From an uncultured Thermococci archaeon (lineage in GTDB: Archaea > CAYQAE01 > CAYVLA01), in contig CAZJVP010000051.1 in the NCBI GenBank assembly GCA_964549615.1, positions 58,740 through 122,739 on the forward strand: 64,000 nucleotides of DNA, written 5' to 3'. Below are positions 47,819 to 56,232 of the stretch, piece after piece (the stretch's first letter is position 1; each line of letters opens with the position of its first letter). Below the pieces are notes generated by a model. That model saw nothing but the letters and a program-made list of their open reading frames with translations. It searched no databases and was not told the origin of the DNA. The position numbers and the translations under genes were made by a program.

Positions 47819-49159
47819 TCAGGTCTTCTGTGCATGTAGCTTGGTTGTGTGGACCTCTCTCCATAGCCTGCGGCGCACCATAACCGACCACAGCACGAAG
47901 CCCGTCACCACTGCCGTTGCGGTCACCGTCAACCATTCGATCACATATACCCAGAGGAGGGCGCGGTCCTTGAGTTCCATGGCGTCTTTCTCTATCTCGC
48001 CAAGCGCTTCGTGGGCCTGCTCGTAGGCCTCAACCACATCCTCGAAGCGAAGCTCAAGATAGGCGGGCAGGGCGTCGAGCGCGATGCGGTTTGCTTCGTC
48101 CAACCTCATATTGATCGAGTTCGTGTTTGCGCCGAAGGAGTCGCAGAATTCCAGAAGGCCGACCAAGAGCGACTTCCGGGTGCCGAACTCGAACATGCTC
48201 TTCCTCACTCGATGGACAAGCTCCACATCCTGGGGCACGGGCCGCCGATCGAGGTAGATCATGAGGTTGGCACCGAAGTCCAGGGCGTATTCCCAGGGGT
48301 CGCCAGGAGTGCACATGGTGTGCAACTGGTAGGGCTCGGAACTGGGCCCGAAGATCTCGCCCGTGATCGAGAAGGTTCGGCCCCCGCCCGGCAGATCCCA
48401 GGTGACGAAGCCCGGGTCATCCTTGTACCCGGGTCCCTCGACGTGTGCCAGCACCAAGGATCCCGGCTTCGCCTTCACCAGGTTGTGGTGGTAGTTGTAC
48501 ATGAAAGGCTGGGTCCTGTCCCATGGCAGGCTGCTCATGAACTCGTGATCGGGCATGTCGATGACGAGTGTGTGGACGTTGGCCGGGCGGTGGATGTAGA
48601 TGTTGCCCGCATCCTCGGTGGGAAGCAGCTGGCCTATGGCCGAGTCGCCCCAGGGCGGCCTCCCGAACGCGCCGCCGAAGCTCTCCCACCCACCCACCAT
48701 GACAAGTCCCATGCCGGCCTCCCGCACGCCACGCGCCAGCATCTCGATGTGCGTCGGTGGGATCGCTTCCCTGTTTGCGTTGGACAGGATGATGACATCG
48801 AAGCGGGATGTCAGGTCCGAAAAGGACCGTGGCATATACAGCCTCACGATCCTGTAGATCTCGCCCTCACCCTTGGTGGCCTGGATGGGCGCCAGGGCGG
48901 CCCAGTCGCGGAGCGTTGCCTGGACGAAGTTGATCGAGAAGAGGGGATCGGACCTCATCCACCAGATCGGCGTGGAACGGGCAAGGCAGCCGGCGTAAAG
49001 CACCCCTATTCTTCCGTCCTGAAGGGCCGTCGTCGTTGAGAGAGCCGCTTGAAGGGCAAGGAGCACGGCAGCCGCTAGGGCTGGGCGGCAGCCAAGCTTG
49101 TGAGCGAAGCCTGCCTGCAGCGACACAGGGGTCGTGCGGCTGACGGCGGCCATGCTCAC
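47819..49159 (-). CDS. Paralog E of the 5-member family
   Basis: RIGVLYAGCLARS...DVIILSNANRE...GMGLVMVGGWESFGG...LKDRALLWVYVIEWLTVTATAVVTGFVLWSVMVRRRLWRE. Confidence 0.6.
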   Translation of the reverse strand: MSMAAVSRTTPVSLQAGFAHKLGCRPALAAAVLLALQAALSTTTALQDGRIGVLYAGCLARSTPIWWMRSDPLFSINFVQATLRDWAALAPIQATKGEGEIYRIVRLYMPRSFSDLTSRFDVIILSNANREAIPPTHIEMLARGVREAGMGLVMVGGWESFGGAFGRPPWGDSAIGQLLPTEDAGNIYIHRPANVHTLVIDMPDHEFMSSLPWDRTQPFMYNYHHNLVKAKPGSLVLAHVEGPGYKDDPGFVTWDLPGGGRTFSITGEIFGPSSEPYQLHTMCTPGDPWEYALDFGANLMIYLDRRPVPQDVELVHRVRKSMFEFGTRKSLLVGLLEFCDSFGANTNSINMRLDEANRIALDALPAYLELRFEDVVEAYEQAHEALGEIEKDAMELKDRALLWVYVIEWLTVTATAVVTGFVLWSVMVRRRLWREVHTTKLHAQKT

Positions 49160-49384
49160 CGGGTTGGGCTTCGGAGTTTTAACGCTTTGCGGTCCTCATT
49201 TCACCGGGTTCCTGGTTCCTGGATGTGATGAGCGATGCGCCTTCAAGATGCATGTGGTTCGATGGTCTCCAGGCTCTGGTCGGAAACGACGTGACACCCG
49301 CTGACAGCTCGCCGCTGGTTTGATGGAGTTTGTCGAAGGATCGAAGACATATTCGGGCGGGGTTCCGACCTCGGAAGTCCTCGA

Positions 49385-49468
49385 GGCGCACGGGCCTTGG
49401 CACGGGTTGACCTCTTGGCACGGGTTGACCTCTTGGCACGGGTTGACCTCTTGGCACGAGTTGACCCC
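49385..49468. repeat. 18-bp tandem repeat (TTGGCACGGGTTGACCTC) x4 plus partial leading copy, in 600-bp divergent intergenic region
   Basis: Read directly 49397-49468; last unit variant ttggcacgagttgacccc. Confidence 0.85.
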
Positions 49469-49764
49469 ATAAACGCAAAGCCAAGCCGGTCCAATCTTCT
49501 TCAAGTTGGACGACGCTTTGGCCGGCGATTTCATACTCTTCTTCTGGCAGGGCGTCTACGATTTCTTCCGCCTGAGGGTCCCAGAGGCACCAAGCTCAAG
49601 GTCGAGGGGATTCGGTGGCCCACGGGTCGGCCAGAGATCAGTCCCGTTCCGCAATTGGCCAAAATTCTGTTTCTGGGCCGGATATCTCGCACATCAATCC
49701 TATTTGAAGCTTTTCTAATTATGCATAGAAAGAGTTTTGAGGTCCCTATGTTTTCTATGGTTGG

Positions 49765-50178
49765 TTGGAAAAGATGGGGAAAGCCGAGAGGAAGGTGCTG
49801 ATCAAGTACGACTCGAAGGGGGTGGGCCCGGACTTTTGGCAGAAGCTCTATGGCTACTCCAAAGGCAAGTACCGTTACCCCGGACTTCTGGACGATGTGC
49901 CCGGAGCTGTGAGGATGGCCAAGGGGCTCATTGCGGTTCCGGAGGTGCAGGCGGAGAGGATCAAACGCTTCCTAAGAGAACAGGGCGCTACGTTTGAGGA
50001 GCAGGGGACGGTGGCACCGGCAATCGAGGCTCCGGGGCTTCTCCGCTGGGATCTCGCCCGGCACGTCCTTCACGAGAGGCTGGAAGGCTTGGGGGAGGAG
50101 ATGGACAGATTGGGCCCCTTCATCAAGGCCGTTTCGACAAGGGACGCCCTTGAGGACTTGGAGAGGTATGGCTACTGA
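49765..50178 (+). CDS. Uncharacterised 137-aa protein, candidate partner of downstream PIN toxin
   Basis: AT-rich region with possible promoter upstream; stop overlaps PIN start (ATGGCTACTGA). Confidence 0.4.
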   Translation: MEKMGKAERKVLIKYDSKGVGPDFWQKLYGYSKGKYRYPGLLDDVPGAVRMAKGLIAVPEVQAERIKRFLREQGATFEEQGTVAPAIEAPGLLRWDLARHVLHERLEGLGEEMDRLGPFIKAVSTRDALEDLERYGY

Positions 50179-50677
50179 GGTCGTGCTCGATACCAGCTAC
50201 CTGCTGGCCTGGCACAGGGAGAACGATAGGCTTCATCCCAGGGCCGAGAAGATCCAGGAGAGCCTTGCGAGGGCAAAGCCGGTTCGCATCATCCTTGATT
50301 GCGTTTACTCCGAACTGATCGCCGTCCTGGCTAGAACAAGGGTCAGGGAGGAGGGAAAGGCACGGGAATTCCTGGAGGAGGAAAGGAAGCTGAGGCAGGT
50401 CTACTGGCCTAGGCTTGTCTGGATGACGTATATTGGAGGTAAAGACCTCATAAAGCGTGCCCTGGATGTGACGAGGGAGGCCGCCGAGAAATACGGGGTC
50501 GGGATCTCGCCCAACGACGCTATGCTCCTGATCTTCTGCCGGGAGAGGCACGTCCCGTTTCTGGTGAGCTTCGATAGAAGCCTTGGGCAGGTTGAGACGG
50601 TTGAGGGTAAGAAGTCGGAGGTCACGGTCGTGGACGATTCCAACAGGGAGGTTTTGCTAAGGCCAGGGAGTGTATGA
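50168..50677 (+). CDS. PIN-domain protein (VapC-like toxin)
   Basis: MATEVVLDTSYLLAW... ; ORF track frame opens at 49994 but GGAGAGGT SD and ATG at 50168. Confidence 0.55.
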   Translation: MATEVVLDTSYLLAWHRENDRLHPRAEKIQESLARAKPVRIILDCVYSELIAVLARTRVREEGKAREFLEEERKLRQVYWPRLVWMTYIGGKDLIKRALDVTREAAEKYGVGISPNDAMLLIFCRERHVPFLVSFDRSLGQVETVEGKKSEVTVVDDSNREVLLRPGSV

Positions 50678-50875
50678 CCGGAACCCCGTCGAGCCAGGGA
50701 GCGTCCTCGCCGGGCGAAAAAGTCTGGCTCTGCACGAGAGCCGGTTGACTGCCGCCGCGCCCTTGACGGGAGATCGGGCTCCTTGCCCCTGCTGGCCAGA
50801 CAGCCCCCAGTAAAGGTTCGGCACCGCAGCGTCCCCTACGATGGCTTCGGTGCACATCCTGTTACGGTGGGTTCG

Positions 50876-52381
50876 CTATTTCTTCAGAATTGCGGGCTGC
50901 GTGGAAAGCGTGAAGGGCTTGCCGTCTCTCTCGAAGTCCGCCTCCCCGAACACGGCAACGTTCTTGTCGGCGGGCCGCTCGATGGTCACCCGAAGCACGC
51001 CCTCTTCGCTCGCCATTTCCACCGGCTCCCATCTCTCCGGGCGGAAGTCCATGCTGTCGGCCTTGGCAACCCAGGCCCGGCCCCTCTTTGCCTCTTTGGC
51101 CTTGATCGTCAGCGTTAGCGTATCTCCCCTGGCCTTCCGCATCCACGAAATCTCTGGCATGCTGTCGCCTCCCGCCACGGTGCGGAAGAAGGCGCTCAAG
51201 GTGTTGAGAACCCTCGTCATGCCCGGCTCAAGGCTGTGGCCGGCGTTGGGCACGTAAAGCACATACTTGGGCCCGACTAGGCCATCCCAATATAGGTTCA
51301 GGGCATCCGTGGTCCAGTAACGGTCATTTGAGCCGAGGATGATGAGTTTCGGGACGGCGATAATCTTCCTGTAGGAGTACGGATCGACCGCCTGCCAAAG
51401 CGCCTTTCCCCGCCGGCTACTGAAACTCTCCGTGAGCCCCTTCGAGGAGTAGTCCGAGATCTGCTCGCTGTAGCTCCCCCACATCTCCAACTGGTGCTTC
51501 ATCTGTTTGGGCATGTTCAGCACGTCGATCACCGCGGGCGCGATGGCCTTTACTCGCCTACCCCCGTCCACCGCCGCCGTCAGCCACGTTGTCCAACCCC
51601 TCTTCGACGCGCCGAAGACCACGAAGCCGCATATCTTCTCCTGCCACTCCTGTTTTGCATGCTCTTGCAGCGCATCCATCGCTCTGAGTGCGCTCTTCAC
51701 CATCGGGAAGAGCAGCGGCCAGGTCGGGTCGCCGTCCTTCAAGTACTGCTGGAAAGTGTGCGAAATGATCTCATCCTCAATCATCCCGCCGAAAAGCGGC
51801 TGGTTTGGCACGTGGCTGAGCATCGCGACCGGCGCCCCCACCGAACGCGCTAGCCCCATCGCGAGAACATCTTCTTTCCGCTCCTCGCCCGGCTTCGGTT
51901 CTCCTGATCCGCCGCCGATCAGCAGTCCCATCCAACCCGGGAAACTCACCTGGGCCGGTCTCGCTATCCGCAACAGGTGCTTCCAGGCCATGCCTCGCCA
52001 CATCTGGGAGGTCAAGACGATGTCGCTCAGCGAGCCGCCCGCAACCTCCTTCGATGGTCCCTTCTTCCAATCGAAGGTGGGGTCCGGGGCATTCGCGTAA
52101 TCAAACAGCATCTCCGCAGGCGCCCCGGCAAATCGGGACCCGGCCGTCGTCGTTAGCAGGCTGCTGAGGGCTAGGGTGAACGGAGAATTCAAAGTGGTCC
52201 TTGGTCCGGCCAGCTTTTCGTGCCCCTTGGACAGACGTGGGCAGGAATGCTTGGCGGGCGAGACGTGGCTATGGCAGAAGGTCACCTTGCAGAGCCTGTA
52301 ACGGACCGGCTTGAGGAGCAGCTTGCCGCACTCGAAACGCCCGTGTCCAGTGTTTTCGTCAGGGGTTGCCCTCCGTTCCAT
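50876..52381 (-). CDS. PhoPQ-activated pathogenicity-related (PqaA-like) alpha/beta-hydrolase family protein
   Basis: GFVVFGASKRGWTTW (GxSxG-like), overall resemblance to the PqaA family; true start probably internal. Confidence 0.4.
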   Translation of the reverse strand: MERRATPDENTGHGRFECGKLLLKPVRYRLCKVTFCHSHVSPAKHSCPRLSKGHEKLAGPRTTLNSPFTLALSSLLTTTAGSRFAGAPAEMLFDYANAPDPTFDWKKGPSKEVAGGSLSDIVLTSQMWRGMAWKHLLRIARPAQVSFPGWMGLLIGGGSGEPKPGEERKEDVLAMGLARSVGAPVAMLSHVPNQPLFGGMIEDEIISHTFQQYLKDGDPTWPLLFPMVKSALRAMDALQEHAKQEWQEKICGFVVFGASKRGWTTWLTAAVDGGRRVKAIAPAVIDVLNMPKQMKHQLEMWGSYSEQISDYSSKGLTESFSSRRGKALWQAVDPYSYRKIIAVPKLIILGSNDRYWTTDALNLYWDGLVGPKYVLYVPNAGHSLEPGMTRVLNTLSAFFRTVAGGDSMPEISWMRKARGDTLTLTIKAKEAKRGRAWVAKADSMDFRPERWEPVEMASEEGVLRVTIERPADKNVAVFGEADFERDGKPFTLSTQPAILKK

Positions 52382-52655
52382 GGTCGGCAGAGGGAATGTC
52401 CAGGACTTTTCAATGTAACAGTTCCTCGTCTCGACAAAACGAGATGCATGGTCCAGTGCTCTCGTCCAGCCTCGTCGGTCTCCGACAGGGTGGACTTTCT
52501 GTACCTGGCGACATGTGCCTTTCGCTGTGGTAAGGTCCCCTGAAGAGGGTGGGAATCCAGCACAGCCGGCGTGCAGGAATCTACGAACCGGTCAGACAAC
52601 CCGTCACACAGACCGACAAGAAGGAGCATTCGGTGATCATTCATCTTGGGCCTAG

Positions 52656-52729
52656 AGCCCCGGGCGGGATTCGGACCCGCGACCTCCTGCTTACCAAGCA
52701 GGCGCCATAGCCGACTAAGCCACCGGGGC
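52656..52729 (-). tRNA. tRNA-Thr: tRNA-Thr (anticodon GGU), no encoded CCA
   Basis: Minus strand GCCCCGGTGGCTTAGTCGGCTATGGCGCCTGCTTGGTAAGCAGGAGGTCGCGGGTCCGAATCCCGCCCGGGGCT folds as a cloverleaf: 7-bp acceptor, anticodon loop TTGGTAA, T-loop TCCGAAT (C at position 55). Confidence 0.8.
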
Positions 52730-53533
52730 ACACCTGGCTATGCCGTCAAGAAGCGTCTTTCTAAGGGCAAGTGCCAGTTCCAGCCCCCTTCCGGATGCGT
52801 CTAAAAACTCTTTTGCCCTGAGCAGCGAATCGCCCTCGACCCGGAAGCGTACATGAGGATACTCGATTTCCCATAGTATCAAGTTCTCAGGGGGTGCAGG
52901 CTTGAGGGCCAAATGCGTTCGGCCAGCAAGCGCGTCCCGGACTCTGCTCTCCTCAAGACGGTTTGTGGCGACGAGTTCGATCGCGGAGACGATCTTGCGC
53001 ACCTGCGCCCAGAGGAATCCTTTGGCTCGGAAGTACAGCCGAGGAGGATTCGTCCTCTCGACGTGGATTTCCTCGATCTCCCTGACCGTCGCACGTTGGG
53101 AGGGCCGGCTAAACTGGGCGAAGTCATGTTCGCCCAAGAATATTCTGCAGGCGGATTCGAGTGCCGACACATCAACATGGGGGTTGTGGAAGAGGTAAAG
53201 GTAGGTTTTCGACGTCGCATGCGTCCGCGGGCTAAAGCTGTCGGGGACGTCGGCCCACGCCCAGGCGAAGATGTCACGGGGGAGCTTCGAGTTCAGCCTC
53301 TTGACGATCGCCTTTGCCGGGTCCATGGGGCGAAAGGCTACGACCTGGCCCAAGGCGCTGACGCCCCGGTCGGTCCTGCCCGCCGAGGCAAACTCCGATT
53401 TGCGTGGGTCAAGGATCAATCCGCAGTCCTTCAGTGCACGGATGACGCAGCCCTCAACCGTCGATCTGTCCGGCTGCCGCTGATAGCCATAGTAGTTCTG
53501 ACCGACGTAGCCAAACTTCACCGCAACCTTCAT
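52715..53533 (-). CDS. truA: tRNA pseudouridine(38-40) synthase TruA/Pus-type
   Basis: KVAVKFGYVGQNYYGYQRQP...AGRTDRGVSALGQVVAF (catalytic Asp motif). Confidence 0.6.
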   Translation of the reverse strand: MKVAVKFGYVGQNYYGYQRQPDRSTVEGCVIRALKDCGLILDPRKSEFASAGRTDRGVSALGQVVAFRPMDPAKAIVKRLNSKLPRDIFAWAWADVPDSFSPRTHATSKTYLYLFHNPHVDVSALESACRIFLGEHDFAQFSRPSQRATVREIEEIHVERTNPPRLYFRAKGFLWAQVRKIVSAIELVATNRLEESRVRDALAGRTHLALKPAPPENLILWEIEYPHVRFRVEGDSLLRAKEFLDASGRGLELALALRKTLLDGIARCAPVA

Positions 53534-53546
53534 GGAGGCTCACATT

Positions 53547-54785
53547 CTAACGGAGGGAGAGAATCAGGATTATGATCGCAATGCTGATGAAGGCGACGCT
53601 CATGACCCTGCCGAGGACCATGCCGATCACTATCACCGCCCCGGCCGTCGCGCCCATATTGGTGAATGCCGCAACAAGCAGGACCTTGGTCAGCCTGTTG
53701 GTCCAGAACGTGCTCACCTTCCTTATCTCCCTCAGGCCGTGGAAGTCCTTGACTTGGGGAGGGTTGACGAGGATCTGCACGTAGCCCGATATCCAACCCG
53801 TGGCGATTAGGGGATTGAGGATGCCGAATGGGGCAGCGATGAAGGCTGCGGCGATCGCTAGGGGATGTGCTAGGGCCGCGAGGGCGCCAAGGGCAGACAG
53901 GCCACCTCCGATCAAGAGGAGCTTCTCCATGATCTCCAGGAACTTGGGCCAACCTTGTGAGTAGATAGTCCAGATGAAGATGGCAAGGAAGGCGACCGGA
54001 ATCAGATATCCCGCGAGCTTCAGCGAGAAGACGCTGCTTGGGATCTTCTCGAGCTCGGCGAGGTCCGCTTCCCGCCCGCGCTGCAGGTTTTCCACAAGGC
54101 CGTTGAGGTGCCCGGCGCCCACCACGGCGACGATGGTCCGGCCCGGACTCGCCTCGGCGAGCTGGCGCAACCTGCCTGCGATGTAGAGGTCCCTCTCATC
54201 CACCAAAACCTCCTTGGCCTTGGGAGCCAGCTTGCCCAGCTCCTCCATCATCTCGGTGATAATGTCCTGCCTCTTGAGCATCTCGATGTCGATCTGCTGC
54301 GCATCTGAGGCCCCCAAGAGGCCGTAGACGAGCTCCCTGAAGATCCTGAACTTCTCGCGAAGGCTCATCTTGTTCCAAGCTCGCCTCAAGGTGACGGCGA
54401 TCTTTCGGTCAACGAGGGCTATCTGCGCCCCGATCTCTTTGGCCGCGCCTATTGCCTCCAGCATCTCGGATCCGGGCTCAACCCCGAACTCCTCTCCGAT
54501 GCTCCTTTGCAGCATCGCAAGGAATGATTGCCCGAGGAAGAAGTAGGGTTGCTCGCCGCGGAGAAGCTTCGTCAAGGGGGTCTGTTCCCAGCTCTTCTTG
54601 TCCAAGAGCACCTTGTACCGCGGTTCGCACAGCTCCACTGCCACGATCTGCGGTTTCTCTTCGAGTATGATCCTCCTGACCTCCTGCACGCTCTGCCTGG
54701 AGATGTGTGCGGTGCCGAGTAGGATCACATTGCTCTCGCCGACCGATATCTTTCGGACGTTGGAGTGTGCCACCGCGTCGTCCAC
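53547..54785 (-). CDS. TraB/GumN-family protein with C-terminal TM segments
   Basis: NVILLGTAHISRQSVQEV...IVAVELCEPR... typical TraB N-terminal region. Confidence 0.6.
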   Translation of the reverse strand: MDDAVAHSNVRKISVGESNVILLGTAHISRQSVQEVRRIILEEKPQIVAVELCEPRYKVLLDKKSWEQTPLTKLLRGEQPYFFLGQSFLAMLQRSIGEEFGVEPGSEMLEAIGAAKEIGAQIALVDRKIAVTLRRAWNKMSLREKFRIFRELVYGLLGASDAQQIDIEMLKRQDIITEMMEELGKLAPKAKEVLVDERDLYIAGRLRQLAEASPGRTIVAVVGAGHLNGLVENLQRGREADLAELEKIPSSVFSLKLAGYLIPVAFLAIFIWTIYSQGWPKFLEIMEKLLLIGGGLSALGALAALAHPLAIAAAFIAAPFGILNPLIATGWISGYVQILVNPPQVKDFHGLREIRKVSTFWTNRLTKVLLVAAFTNMGATAGAVIVIGMVLGRVMSVAFISIAIIILILSLR

Positions 54786-54845
54786 GAAGGCTCGCCTGAC
54801 CGGGATGGCTTGCGGCTTGGACCCGGTTAAATCTTTTCGGACGTC

Positions 54846-56057
54846 TTGGGGTGTGCACCTCGGTTGCTCCGCGCCAGGCGGCGGCGGAAGGCCCGAGCAT
54901 TGCTAAAAGAATTATATCCCAAGGCGCTTCCGAGAGGCGTGGACGCGGTCCTTCTTGCGGCGGGAAAGGGGACGAGGCTGAGGCCGCTGACGGTTAATCG
55001 TCCCAAGCCGCTTGTCCCCGTCGCGAACAGACCGGTCATGGAGTACCAGCTGAGACTCCTGGAGAATGCCGGGTTCGACAGGGTGATCATCCCGGTGGGA
55101 TACCTGGCAGACCAGATCGTAAGCTATGTAGAATCCTTCGAAAGCGGGCTTGAGTTCGAGTTCTCGTTTGATAACATCCCGCTTGGGACGGCGGGGTCTG
55201 TGGCGAAACTGCGGGATCGCCTGAACGAGACCTTTCTCGTCATTAGCGGCGATCTATTGGTTGACCTCGATGTCGGCCAGCTGATGGGATTCCACGCACA
55301 GACCAGAGCCTCGGTGACCATTGCGCTGACCCGAGTGGAGGATCCCACCCAGTACGGGATCGCGCTCCTTGAGGGCTCGCGCATATCCAGCTTCGCGGAG
55401 AAGCCGGAGCCATCGAAGGTCTTCAGCAACCTGGTGAACGCCGGCATCTACGTAATGGAGCCGGAGGTCTTGGACGAGGTCCCGCCGAACGCCCAGTTCG
55501 ATTTCTCGCTCGACCTCTTTCCCTCGATCATCGATCGCCGGTATCTGGCCGGCCATCTCTTGGGCGGCTACTGGAACGACATAGGAAGGCCAAGCAGCTA
55601 CCTACAGGCCAACGGGGACGCCCTCTTGGGCAGGTTCCCCATGGAAAAGTTCGTTCGGGATCCGATGGTGCCAAGCAAGGTGACCCCCGTCATGGGAAGG
55701 AGCTCCACACTGGGCGATGTCGACATATCGGGCCCGGTCCTGCTCGGCGAGAACTGCCTCGTAGAGGGAGGTTCGGCACTGCGGAGCTTCGTCGTGCTGG
55801 GCAACGATGTCTCGGTGGGAAAGGGTTGCGTCTTGGACTCCGTGGTGGTGCACGAAGGCACCACGATCGGATCCTCGGCCGACGTGAGGCACTGCATAGT
55901 CGGCCGCGAGTGTGTGATATCGGACGATGTCGAGCTCGCGGAAGGAACGGTGATCGGCGACCATACGAGGATCGGCCGCGGCTGCCGGATAGGGGCGAAC
56001 ATGAAGATCTGGGCCGGGAGCACCCTCGGCGCCAACACGGTCATCACGCCTGACTGA
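54846..56057 (+). CDS. Sugar-1-phosphate nucleotidyltransferase with C-terminal left-handed beta-helix (GlmU/Glc-1-P-NTase-like)
   Basis: AVLLAAGKGTRLRPLTVNRPKPLVPVANRPVMEY; C-terminal hexapeptide repeats; start may be later than 54846. Confidence 0.6.
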   Translation: MGCAPRLLRARRRRKARALLKELYPKALPRGVDAVLLAAGKGTRLRPLTVNRPKPLVPVANRPVMEYQLRLLENAGFDRVIIPVGYLADQIVSYVESFESGLEFEFSFDNIPLGTAGSVAKLRDRLNETFLVISGDLLVDLDVGQLMGFHAQTRASVTIALTRVEDPTQYGIALLEGSRISSFAEKPEPSKVFSNLVNAGIYVMEPEVLDEVPPNAQFDFSLDLFPSIIDRRYLAGHLLGGYWNDIGRPSSYLQANGDALLGRFPMEKFVRDPMVPSKVTPVMGRSSTLGDVDISGPVLLGENCLVEGGSALRSFVVLGNDVSVGKGCVLDSVVVHEGTTIGSSADVRHCIVGRECVISDDVELAEGTVIGDHTRIGRGCRIGANMKIWAGSTLGANTVITPD

Positions 56058-56232
56058 GGGGTGTTGGGCTTGTACGCTGTCTGGACGGTCGATTCTTGTG
56101 GCCTTCGGGAAAGCACCTCGAGTCACCTCGAGTGCGATGATCCCGCAGTGGCGCGCAGCCTAGAGGGGGCCCGAAACCCTTATCTGTCGAACGGGTCGAG
56201 CCCCGCCAAGGATAATTCAGCACAGTGATTGG

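Noticed and set aside
49385-49468. Considered as a CRISPR array
   Set aside because: Units are contiguous with no spacers and only 18 bp long; it is a tandem repeat, not CRISPR.
49179-49534. ORFs translating the 18-bp tandem repeat (GQPVPR or ARVDLL repeats)
   Set aside because: Peptide periodicity is purely a consequence of the DNA repeat; no start context; lies in an intergenic promoter region.
52282-52731. 149-aa ORF overlapping the tRNA-Thr
   Set aside because: Covers the tRNA gene on the same strand; the tRNA cloverleaf is far better supported.
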